Source of the DNA: an uncultured Pseudomonadota bacterium
Lineage (GTDB): Bacteria > Desulfobacterota > Binatia > Binatales > Binataceae
Direction of reading: 5' to 3'
Assembly (NCBI GenBank): GCA_963795945.1
Contig: CAWCJN010000003.1
Span: 71,539 to 135,538 of the forward strand
DNA: 64,000 nucleotides
The translations under genes and the position numbers were made by a program. Shown one piece after another: positions 1 to 8,440 of the stretch; the stretch's first letter is position 1, and each line of letters begins with the position of its first letter. The notes beneath the pieces were generated by a model that did no database searches, had not been told where the DNA came from, and was given only the letters and a program-made list of their open reading frames with translations.

Positions 1-826
1 CTCGCGGGGACGCACCAGTCAGCTTTGCAATCACCTTACTGGCTGCTTTCAGGGTCATTCCCGCATCACGCAATACTTCGAACATCATCGTTTCGTCGAT
101 ACCCTCTTGAGCATCCCGGGCGTGCGAATCCTCTATTCCAGCGACTATCAACGTGACCTCGCCAAGCGCTGAGTTCTGTTGGAAGTGTTCCGCGATCTCT
201 CCAAGCGGACCACGAACCGCTTCCTCATAAGTTTTAGTCATTTCGCGCAACACCGCACCTTGGCGTTTCGCGCTAAAGACCTCGATCATCACTGTAAGTG
301 TTTCCAGCAATCGTCGCGCTGCCTCATAGAAGATCATCGTACGATTCTCGCGACGTAACTCCTCGAGTCTGCGCCGCCGCTCACCCGCTCGGCTCGGCAA
401 AAATCCCTCGAACACAAATCGATCAGTCGGCAGACCCGCGATCGATAGCGCGGCAATGGCCGCCGAGGGCCCCGGGACGGATTTCACCGCGATACTCGCA
501 TCGAGCGCCGCTCGCACCAGCCGAAAGCCGGGATCAGAAATCGCTGGCGTCCCTGCGTCAGTGACTAGCGCGATCGTCGCGCCCGCCCGCAGCCGCTCGA
601 CCAGCTCCGGAATCCTCCGGTCTTCATTGTGTTCGTAATAACTAATACTGGCCGTGCGGATACCATGCTCTGCGAGCATGCGCCCGGTACGCCGGGTATC
701 CTCGCAGGCAATCAGATCGGCTTCGCGCATCACGCGAATCGCACGTGCCGTAACATCCTCGGCATTCCCGATCGGCGTCGCCACAATGTAAAGCACGCCG
801 CTCCCGGCCTCTCGTTCCGAATCCAC
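1..826 (-). CDS. rsmI: 16S rRNA 2'-O-ribose C1402 methyltransferase RsmI; the 3' end runs off the window
   Basis: I translated the reverse strand myself from GTG at 826: VDSEREAGSGVLYIVATPIGNAEDVTARAIRVMREADLIACEDTRRTGRMLAEHGI...ALVTDAGTPAISDPGFRLV...FEGFLPSRAGERRRRLEEL. This is the typical RsmI tetrapyrrole-methylase pattern. It is absent from the ORF track because there is no stop codon inside the window. Confidence 0.85.
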   Translation of the reverse strand, partial: MDSEREAGSGVLYIVATPIGNAEDVTARAIRVMREADLIACEDTRRTGRMLAEHGIRTASISYYEHNEDRRIPELVERLRAGATIALVTDAGTPAISDPGFRLVRAALDASIAVKSVPGPSAAIAALSIAGLPTDRFVFEGFLPSRAGERRRRLEELRRENRTMIFYEAARRLLETLTVMIEVFSAKRQGAVLREMTKTYEEAVRGPLGEIAEHFQQNSALGEVTLIVAGIEDSHARDAQEGIDETMMFEVLRDAGMTLKAASKVIAKLTGASPR

Positions 827-899
827 TCCTAGGCTTCTTACGCTGCCGATCAGGACCAAGCTGGCAAGGGACGCTGTATCAATTTGCGGTTTCGATTGC

Positions 900-1043
900 T
901 GTCATTCCCGCGTGTCTGGGGCAGCGGAGCGCTCCTGCACGGAGCGAGCAGGCGAGTCTGCGAGCTGCGTTCAAGATTGCCTGACGCGCGAGGAATCCCG
1001 GATTCCCGGACTCTTCGCGCGGCAGCCATACGCTAGGATGACA
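900..1043. repeat. MITE-like structured intergenic element; single copy in this window
   Basis: The termini are TGTCAT...ATGACA with partially matching about 23-nt inverted ends. Internally there is a perfect palindrome GGAATCCcGGATTCC nested in a CGCGCGA..TCGCGCG stem. The ORFs across it (879..1064, 912..1511) look non-coding. Confidence 0.3.
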
Positions 1044-1130
1044 AAAAATAGTTACTCGATTCACGAGAGCACGCTAATTAGCTCGCGACTCCCGATTGAT
1101 GTAATCAATTTTTTTCCTTCTCCTGCCCCT

Positions 1131-1571
1131 TCACCCCGGATTCACCGTCATATGCACCGTGCGGAACGTGCGCGACTTGAACTTCCACTCGTCGCCGCTC
1201 TTGACGTAGTCGTCCTCGTAATAGCCGCTGCCGACCCATTCCATATTGTTCTTCAGATTGCGCAGCTCGACATAGCAGCGCCCGCTCGCCCGCCCGCCGC
1301 CTTGCAGATCGATCACATGATTATGAATGTAAGGACGCGGCGTCAGCGCGCCCTGCGTCAACCCGCCATACAGTTTCAGCAGCGCCTCGCGTCCGGACGC
1401 ACGATGCTCCCGCTTGAAGCCCTTGGTGATGAACTCGCCATCATTCGCGAACAGATCGACAATCCCCGTCATATCGTTGCGCCATACACAGTCGCAGTAT
1501 TTGAGCGGTAACTCGCGAATCCCTTCGCGATCCGCCAGTTCATTTGCAATTTGCTCGATACTCTTTGCCAT
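1131..1571 (-). CDS. SnoaL-like / NTF2-fold protein
   Basis: The ORF track entry is 1131..1661; I prefer the internal start MAKSIEQIANELADREGIRELPLKYCDCVW, preceded by GGAGAAG. The tandem paralog next to it has the same N-terminus. Confidence 0.65.
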   Translation of the reverse strand: MAKSIEQIANELADREGIRELPLKYCDCVWRNDMTGIVDLFANDGEFITKGFKREHRASGREALLKLYGGLTQGALTPRPYIHNHVIDLQGGGRASGRCYVELRNLKNNMEWVGSGYYEDDYVKSGDEWKFKSRTFRTVHMTVNPG

Positions 1572-1573
1572 GA

Positions 1574-2041
1574 CTATTTCTTCTCCTGCATTCCGCCGGT
1601 CCCCGCCGCCATCTTCGGCTCCATATGTACCATCTGGGCGCGCCGCGACTGGAACTTCCATCGGTCGCCGACCTTCACATACTCATCGTGATAATAGCCC
1701 GTGCCCAACCACTTGAGATTGTCGCTGGCGTCGCGCAGCTCGACATAACAGCGCCCGCTCGCCTGGCCACCGCCCTTCATCTCGATCACATGATTATGGA
1801 TATACGGACGCGGCGTCAGCGACGCGAGTCCGGCCTTGTAGGTCTTCTGCAACTCGCTGTGGCCTTTGTTGGTCGTCTCACGATTATTGCCGACAATCGT
1901 AAACACGCCATCGTCGGCGAACAGTTTGACAATCCCATCCACATCACCTTGCCACACACAGTCACAATAGCGCTGCGGCAGTTCGCGAATCGCGTCGCGG
2001 TCCGCCAGCTCGGTTACGGTTTGCTCGAGACTTTTTGCCAT
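1574..2041 (-). CDS. SnoaL-like / NTF2-fold protein, tandem paralog
   Basis: The ORF track entry is 1574..2125; the start MAKSLEQTVTELADRDAIRELPQRYCDCVW aligns residue for residue with the neighbour. Its stop lies 2 nt from the neighbour's start. Confidence 0.65.
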   Translation of the reverse strand: MAKSLEQTVTELADRDAIRELPQRYCDCVWQGDVDGIVKLFADDGVFTIVGNNRETTNKGHSELQKTYKAGLASLTPRPYIHNHVIEMKGGGQASGRCYVELRDASDNLKWLGTGYYHDEYVKVGDRWKFQSRRAQMVHMEPKMAAGTGGMQEKK

Positions 2042-2284
2042 CGTCCTTTTCTCCCTCGCTCGATCCTTCCCCGTGCGTGTCATGAGATCGCTCACGCCGG
2101 CGTGAAGCTCGCTGATGCTTACCACTGAACCGCCTCAACTTGAAAGCTTCACGTGGACCATCAGTAGGCTGCGGCAAACGTCGGCTGGGCAGCGGTTTCC
2201 TAGGGGTGAGTTAGGGCTCTGGAGACTGGGCCGGGGGTTAGCGTTTAAGAACGACCGGCCCAGTCTGGTTTCGATTGATTGAGG

Positions 2285-2785
2285 CGGCGCCAACGCGCTT
2301 CTCAACTTTTAATCGGGCCACCCCGCCCGATTGCGTCCATGATGGTACTCTTGTTGCCAACTTCCCCCTTCCCCATGCCGCTGCGCTTTCCACCATGCCA
2401 CTTATCATCATACTCGACCGTGCCCTGGAACGGCATACTCGACCGTGCCCTGGAACGGCTCAGGATCGATTTCTTTCATTGCTGCTCGTATTCGATGGCA
2501 GAGAAATCACGCGGTCTTATAGGCCACTTTCAACGTGCGCTTAATAAGATAAACAGCGGCGAACCATTCCCAGAGCGGAAGATGCATATCATGAAGGTAC
2601 GATCCCCGCTGTTACGGCGTGAGTCACAATCGTACTGGTTGCGCTTTATGATACGCGGGATTTTGTCGGATCGGCAGCGTGGACAACGCGGACCATCCGG
2701 CTATGCAATCTCTTCTAAAAACTCGTGACATTTTGCATCAGAATCGAAAGTGTGCACCAGAATCAGCAGGTCCGTTATCGTTCAT
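2285..2785 (-). pseudogene. IS1595-family (ISXO2-like) transposase remnant; N-terminal half only, with stops and frameshifts
   Basis: Reverse-strand pieces read ..DSDAKCHEFLEEIA*PDGPRCPRCRSDKIPRIIKRNQYDCDSRRNSGDRTF..SGNGSPLFILL..HRIREQQ..FQGTVEYDDKWHGGKRSG. This matches the zinc-ribbon plus N-terminal region of ISXO2-type transposases. The DDE half is absent. Confidence 0.6.
2409..2458. repeat. Perfect 25-bp tandem duplication (2 copies)
   Basis: CATACTCGACCGTGCCCTGGAACGG occurs at 2409-2433 and again at 2434-2458, inside the transposase remnant. Confidence 0.95.
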
Positions 2786-3216
2786 AGGAATATCCCATGA
2801 AAAAGAAGAGGGAGCTTAGCGACTTACCGACTGAACAAGCGATCGAGCGACTCTTTCCGAAACCTCTTTCAAAGAATTAAGAGTCGCAGTTAGCGGGGAA
2901 AAGAAAAGAGTGACTCGCCGATCTATCCCCATCAAAAAGAAATGATCGTGGGGATATCATCTTGCGTTAAGTGAATAATCTTAAACGGGGGCATCGTTAA
3001 AAGAATTCGCGAAAGTTCGGACAGAAGAACTTTATACGGCGAAGATCGAGAAATGCTTGGGCGACGCGTCGGGTAGTATAGTGGCGCGCCTTAATCGATT
3101 ATTCCTGTTGCTGATGGCGAACTCAGCAGAACGGATAAACCTCCGGCATGGACTCCGCAGTCCTTAAATCTCTCAAAGTTATCTTGTAGCAAAGATGGCG
3201 GACCGGCATCTCTACA

Positions 3217-3831
3217 TCAGGACGAGAGCAGACGGCCAAGATGGCGATATACCTCGGAATTAGTAGCCAGGCCGACATGGCTGCCTCGCACACCGATATT
3301 GATAGCGCCCGCATCGCGCGCGAGTCCGTGCGGATGACGAACAACAATATCATCGTGGCTGTATATGGCAGCCATGCGCACATTTCCTGGAAGCGCGGCG
3401 CGGCTCACCGTCAAAGGCGATCCGAGCGCGATTACGCGGTCTACCGCATCGGGACGACGAGCGGCAATCGACCGGGCAAGCACGCCGCCCATACTATGAC
3501 CGACAATGCTGACGCGTTTTCCGCGGCGATCAAACGCTCGCTCGGCCACTTGGCAAAGCTCATCCACCAACTCCTCGGACCAGCCTGGATTTCTCTCTAA
3601 GCCGGAGCGCACTGGCGTATAGCCTATCCGTCCAAGCCATCCGCGCAGGGGTCGAAGGTAGGCATCACCGGCAAATAGTCCGGGCAGAACAAGTACGGGA
3701 TGTCCATCTCCACGCGGCACACCGAAGCCCCAGAAGATTGGATCGCTCAGCAGCAGCCCCAATTCTGTGGCTGGACGAATCGCAAGTTCCGTAAGTGCTG
3801 CTCCCGCAGCAAAGGTCGTTTCGTTTCTCAT
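3217..3831 (-). CDS. Lipase-like alpha/beta hydrolase (paralog H1)
   Basis: 204 aa with the nucleophile elbow GHSMGG. The N-terminal pattern DPIFWGFG..G.PVLVLPGLFAGDAYLRPLRGWL..GY is shared with the ORFs at 6757..7614 and 24467..25222. Confidence 0.7.
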   Translation of the reverse strand: MRNETTFAAGAALTELAIRPATELGLLLSDPIFWGFGVPRGDGHPVLVLPGLFAGDAYLRPLRGWLGRIGYTPVRSGLERNPGWSEELVDELCQVAERAFDRRGKRVSIVGHSMGGVLARSIAARRPDAVDRVIALGSPLTVSRAALPGNVRMAAIYSHDDIVVRHPHGLARDAGAINIGVRGSHVGLATNSEVYRHLGRLLSS

Positions 3832-3943
3832 AGCTCCTTACCATGCAATGTTTGAGCAGCGCAGCTCCTCAGCTGCTATTGACCAGGCTGCTGCTATATA
3901 GTTGCGTTCTTGCCTGAAGTGCACATCATCAAATAGCCGCCCG

Positions 3944-4480
3944 TCAGCTGCTCAGCTCTTCCAGTTCGTGCAAAGCACGCTCCAGAATCGTTCTAATTCG
4001 CTGGATACGTTCATGGCCGCGCAGATTGCCAGCCGCTGCCTTAAATGCCGCTTTGACGAGCCGTTCGGCAGGATCTCGAAGTTCGGCTGTTTCCGGATCA
4101 AGCGCGCAGCGCCATTCCTTCCATCTTTCTGCGCGGCGCCAAATCTGCCGCACCGTTTCGTGTTCACTCTGTAATTCTCGTTCGCCAGCTTCGGTGAGGC
4201 GGTAAACCCGTTTTCCATCGCTCGTCGCGGCGGTGATCAAGCCCTCGTCCTCAAGTTGTTGCAAGGTAGGATAAATAGTGCCCGCACTGGCTTGATAGAT
4301 GCCCCCCGAGCGCCGCTCAATTTGCCGCATAAGCTCGTAGCCGTGCTGGGGTTGTTCGGATAACAGTGACAACAAGGCCAGTCTCACTTCCCCGGCTCGG
4401 AAGAATCTGGTCATTCGTCCCATAGTGCCAAAGCCTTGCCAATATTCACGCTGAGCGAATCTTCGAAACACGTAAGTCAT
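3944..4480 (-). CDS. PadR-family transcriptional regulator
   Basis: LALLSLLSEQPQHGYELMRQIERRSGGIYQASAGTIYPTLQQLEDEGLI is a typical PadR winged helix. The true start may be an internal Met. Confidence 0.8.
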   Translation of the reverse strand: MTYVFRRFAQREYWQGFGTMGRMTRFFRAGEVRLALLSLLSEQPQHGYELMRQIERRSGGIYQASAGTIYPTLQQLEDEGLITAATSDGKRVYRLTEAGERELQSEHETVRQIWRRAERWKEWRCALDPETAELRDPAERLVKAAFKAAAGNLRGHERIQRIRTILERALHELEELSS

Positions 4481-4538
4481 AAATCGGTTGTCTCCGCCAA
4501 TTTACGGGTACTAATTTTGATCGAATCTTAACAGATGA

Positions 4539-4554
4539 TATATCGGACGATATA
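4539..4554. promoter_or_regulatory. Candidate operator palindrome upstream of padR
   Basis: TATATCG-ga-CGATATA, 7-bp perfect arms, about 60 nt upstream of the padR start. The assignment rests on position only. Confidence 0.25.
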
Positions 4555-4853
4555 CTTAACGCAATCCCTCCACCGCTCTCTTGTGGCTTACCTTGATAGG
4601 CGGTAAATTCGGCGACCTACTCTCTGACGGAGCATCGTCGCGCGAAATATTAAAATAATTGGCTGTGGGATCGCTTCGAACTATCGCTGCGTTTTGATCT
4701 CGTCAGTGAGACGCATCACTCACTCTAGCAGGCGTTGAATATCATGCCCTTATCGCTGCATTTGAGATCCGGATTGTCATCGAATCGAACGATCATTTAC
4801 GATCGAAACGTCAGTTGCAGTCGTGGACGAGGTTTGCGCATTTAATCACAGAA

Positions 4854-6410
4854 TCATGTCCTACCGGGCGCTTTCTCTTTTTCGTGCAGCTCTTTGCGGA
4901 GGATTTTACCGAGGGCGTTTTTGGGCAGCGTTTCGATAAACTCCAGCTGCTCGGGCCGTTTGAAGCTCGCCAGCCGGGTGCGGCAAAATTCCTGGATATC
5001 CTGCGCCGTCGCCTGCGCGGACGCCCGCAACACCACATACGCCTTGACGGTCTGACCCCATTCCACCGAGGCCACCCCGATCACCGCCGCCTCATCCACC
5101 GCCGGATGCGACATCAGCACGGTTTCGATCTCCGCCGGCGCGATATTTTCGCCCCCCCGGATAATCATGTCGTCCTTGCGCCCGGCGAAAAATACGTAGC
5201 CGTCTTCATCCACCCAGCCCAAATCACCGGTGGCCCGCCAGCCCTCCGGCAACGCCGCATCGTCGGCGCGTCCGGCATAGCCCTTCATAATGCGCGGGGT
5301 GCGGATGATAATCTCTCCAACTTGGCCCGGCCCGAGGATTTGATGGTCCTCGTCGCGCACCTTGATCTCGACGTCCGGCAGCGGCTTGCCGATCGAATTC
5401 AGCCGCTTCAGCTTGAGTTCGACTTCGGCGGGCGTACCGGTCATCCGATGGTCCTCGGGGCCTAGAATCGTCAGCGACGAGGTGGTCTCGGTCTGACCGT
5501 AGGCATTGACGAAGCCGACAGTTGAGGGAAACGCCGCGATCGCCCGCCGGATCACCGCCAACGGCATCGCCGCCCCGCCATAGGCGAGATTGGTCAAGGA
5601 TGACAGATCGGTCTGCGCGAACGCCGGATGGTCCAGCACCTGCTTCATCATGGTCGGGACCACGAAGGCGTGCGTGACCTGTTCCTTCTCCACCAATTGC
5701 AGCCAGTTGCCGGGCTCAAATTGCGGCATGACGATCATTTTGCGCCCGGTCCACAGATTGGTCATCATCGCGGTGGTCCCGGCGATATGGTAAAAGGGCG
5801 CACACACTAGAAAGGCCCCACGCTCAGTGCCGTCGGCCATCTCCACATTGGCCGTCACGTAGGCGGTGAAATCGCGGAAGCTCAGCATCACGCCTTTAGG
5901 CAAGGAAGTCGTGCCGCTGGTATACATCAGGATGGAGACGTCCTCGTCCTCGACCTCGGCTTCCTCTTCGTCCGGCGCAGCCGTGGCCAGCAGCTCCTGC
6001 AGCCGCGGCAGTTGACCGGCGCCCTCACCGAGCGCGATTAGCCGGGTCGCCTGCAATGCCGGCGCGAGCTTGTGGGCCAGCTCGAGATAGCGATCGCCGA
6101 CCAGCAGGAGCTTGGCCCCCGCCGTATTGATCATGTACTCGAGCTCGGCTTCCTTGGCCCGATAATTGAGCGGAAGGAAAGTCAAACCGGCCTTCGCGGC
6201 CGCGTAGTAGGCGGCGACGTAAAGCTGCGAATTGGTGTCGAGCGTGGCGAGCACCTGACGCGGCTTGAGGCCCAGCCCTTTGAAGACGGCGCTCAGCCGA
6301 GCCACCAGATCGTTGAGCTCCGCATAGGTCAGCCGTTCGTGCTCGAAGACCAGTGCCTCCTGCTCAGGCACGATCGCTGCCGGTATCGTAAGGAAATTTA
6401 CGGTATTCAC
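4854..6410 (-). CDS. AMP-dependent acyl-CoA synthetase / long-chain fatty-acid-CoA ligase
   Basis: 518 aa with the AMP-binding motif YTSGTTSLPKGV. The C-terminal motif LPKNALGKILRKEL contains the conserved catalytic Lys. GTG start. Confidence 0.85.
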   Translation of the reverse strand: MNTVNFLTIPAAIVPEQEALVFEHERLTYAELNDLVARLSAVFKGLGLKPRQVLATLDTNSQLYVAAYYAAAKAGLTFLPLNYRAKEAELEYMINTAGAKLLLVGDRYLELAHKLAPALQATRLIALGEGAGQLPRLQELLATAAPDEEEAEVEDEDVSILMYTSGTTSLPKGVMLSFRDFTAYVTANVEMADGTERGAFLVCAPFYHIAGTTAMMTNLWTGRKMIVMPQFEPGNWLQLVEKEQVTHAFVVPTMMKQVLDHPAFAQTDLSSLTNLAYGGAAMPLAVIRRAIAAFPSTVGFVNAYGQTETTSSLTILGPEDHRMTGTPAEVELKLKRLNSIGKPLPDVEIKVRDEDHQILGPGQVGEIIIRTPRIMKGYAGRADDAALPEGWRATGDLGWVDEDGYVFFAGRKDDMIIRGGENIAPAEIETVLMSHPAVDEAAVIGVASVEWGQTVKAYVVLRASAQATAQDIQEFCRTRLASFKRPEQLEFIETLPKNALGKILRKELHEKEKAPGRT

Positions 6411-6756
6411 TTGACTTACCTCGATGACACGGCGATTCGGCCATTTTTAGCGCACCGTAGTGAAAAGCAGCAAACACAAATGTGCGCATCTATGACGCCA
6501 CGCGCCATTAGGAATCGGAAGGAGTACGAGAATTATTAAAGGGTTTGACTGGCGTTGCGCGAAGAGCTTTTATACTCGCCATTTCCGAGGCGACGAAAGA
6601 TAGCATAGGGCAATCATAAGCAGGAGCTATGCCAGTAACCAACGCAAAGATCGGGGAGCATCTGTTAGTTGACAACGCGAGGTAATCGACCGCATGTCAG
6701 ATACCAAGCTTGCGCAATCACTCTGCGGCCAGCGGAGCGGTTTCACCCGACTCCCC

Positions 6757-7614
6757 TCAGCCTTCGAAAACCGACCCATTGCGTAGATTGTCCGCCCTCA
6801 CGGTAGAGCTCTTTTCCGGAGCTCCGTTGCGGCTCAGAAATCGCGCCATGGCATGATATACTTCCGGATTATAAACTAGACCAAGGTGAGTTGCGTTGAC
6901 TTCCAGAATTTCACCTTCGGTGATCTGCGCCTCCTTAGGAACGATCAAATCGTCGCGGCCATAGACTGAAAGAATCGACGTATGGGGGCTAAGCGGACGC
7001 ATAATGTTCGACACAAATGAACAGCCGCAACTCGGATAATCGCAATCAGGATCCAGCACCTGACGAACCAGCGCACTAATCCGCATTAGGGTTCGCCCGG
7101 TCTGCCCGACTGGAATGGTGAGAGATTTGCCGGTCTCGACGGAAGCCATAAGCGATGCAACCGGCGAACCGAGCATCACTAGATGCGAAACCTTCGCCTG
7201 GAAATGGCTGGCGAGCGCCCACGCCAAGGCTCCACCGCGACTGTGCCCAATAAGTGCGATTGAGCTGGCATCACCACCGTCTAAGCGGCTCGATATTTGG
7301 TCCATAACTTCGCCACTAAGTCGCTGGAGACAGCCAGCGTTGAAGTTCAGGCTCGATTCGACTGGCGAATAACCCGCGCACCGCAGCCATTTATGCAGCG
7401 GTTGAAGGTAGAAGTCATTACCAAATAGCCCGGGAATGATGACGACGAGCTTACCGTTTCCCAGCGGGGCACCAATCCCATAAAAAATCGGGTCCGTGAA
7501 TAAGGCTGCCACATCAATCAGTGTTATCAGCTCACGCATCATTAAAGAAAACGGCCCATCGGCAGCCTCTTGCATGTAATCGCCTCCTCCATTGCCGAAC
7601 AAGCCGTAAATCAA
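6757..7614 (-). CDS. Lipase-like alpha/beta hydrolase (paralog H2) with a Cys-rich insertion
   Basis: DPIFYGIGAPLGNGKLVVIIPGLFGNDFYLQPLHKWL..GY, then GHSRGG. The insertion is DPDCDYPSCGCSF. The start is uncertain (7614 or the internal MQEAADG). Confidence 0.7.
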   Translation of the reverse strand: MIYGLFGNGGGDYMQEAADGPFSLMMRELITLIDVAALFTDPIFYGIGAPLGNGKLVVIIPGLFGNDFYLQPLHKWLRCAGYSPVESSLNFNAGCLQRLSGEVMDQISSRLDGGDASSIALIGHSRGGALAWALASHFQAKVSHLVMLGSPVASLMASVETGKSLTIPVGQTGRTLMRISALVRQVLDPDCDYPSCGCSFVSNIMRPLSPHTSILSVYGRDDLIVPKEAQITEGEILEVNATHLGLVYNPEVYHAMARFLSRNGAPEKSSTVRADNLRNGSVFEG

Positions 7615-7631
7615 AGATTCAAATCTGACGG

Positions 7632-8213
7632 CTAGTCGGCCTGATCGGTAAATCCATCTAGTTCATAAGTTAGCACGAGTATATCGTGAAAGCGCCCGCG
7701 ACGATCCTGCACCCAATCCTGAAGCGAGGCCTCGACTCGGAAACCGAGTCGTTCGAACGCAGTGCGCGCGCCATTCTGTTCGGGTGTCAACATTCCGCAG
7801 AGCTTGCGAAGACCAAGCGATTTTCCCAAGGCAAAAGCCTGCGCCACGAGAGTTCGGCCGAGACCGACACCGCGAAAGCGCTGGGCGGCATTAACTCGGA
7901 GCTCGCCGACACAGCGGGTCCATTGCGCGGGTTCGCGATGGACACTCGCATAACCCGCAATCTCGTTGTCTATCTCGGCTATCAGCGTAGAGGTGTGGCC
8001 CGACCGGAGATTTTGGATCCATTGGGACACGACCGCCGGATCTGTTATGTCCGTTCGCAAATACAATAAATCCTCTTCCCTGAGATTACTGGCAAATCTA
8101 GTAATCGCGGATTCATCCTTGCTATTCGGCTCCATCACGCGAATTGTGAACCTTCGGCCATCACTCAAATTCAGTTTCTTGGGATATTGCTGGATAATCT
8201 CTGAGGAAGCCAT
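7632..8213 (-). CDS. GNAT-family acetyltransferase (paralog G1)
   Basis: The ORF track entry is 7632..8408; I prefer the start MASSEIIQQYPKK, preceded by AAGGAGAA. It shares ..EDLLYLRTDITDP..WI.N...G......A......GYAS........W......ELRV......RG.GLG with 17786..18397 and 23420..23980. Confidence 0.75.
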   Translation of the reverse strand: MASSEIIQQYPKKLNLSDGRRFTIRVMEPNSKDESAITRFASNLREEDLLYLRTDITDPAVVSQWIQNLRSGHTSTLIAEIDNEIAGYASVHREPAQWTRCVGELRVNAAQRFRGVGLGRTLVAQAFALGKSLGLRKLCGMLTPEQNGARTAFERLGFRVEASLQDWVQDRRGRFHDILVLTYELDGFTDQAD

Positions 8214-8440
8214 GGCACAATTCTCCTTGGAAGCCTGAGCGCTCCAAGCCCTAAATTGCAAGACAATACCCAAATACTGGCAATTGAGAGGACATCTTAC
8301 AAGGACTTTAGCCGAGACGCCGCGTGAGCGAGGCAATAGGCTTCCACAGGGATCTGACTTGACGTTCACTTTCTCGATGGCGCATTCTCTGTCCAGTTGA
8401 CCACACACTAAATCTAACCACCGTACTCAGGAGCACAGCC

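Noticed and set aside
2279-2728. Plus-strand ORFs of 149 and 89 aa
   Set aside because: The opposite strand carries recognisable, though broken, IS1595-type transposase segments. The plus-strand products show no motif.
4815-5465. 216-aa plus-strand ORF
   Set aside because: It is antisense to the acyl-CoA synthetase gene and has shadow-ORF composition.
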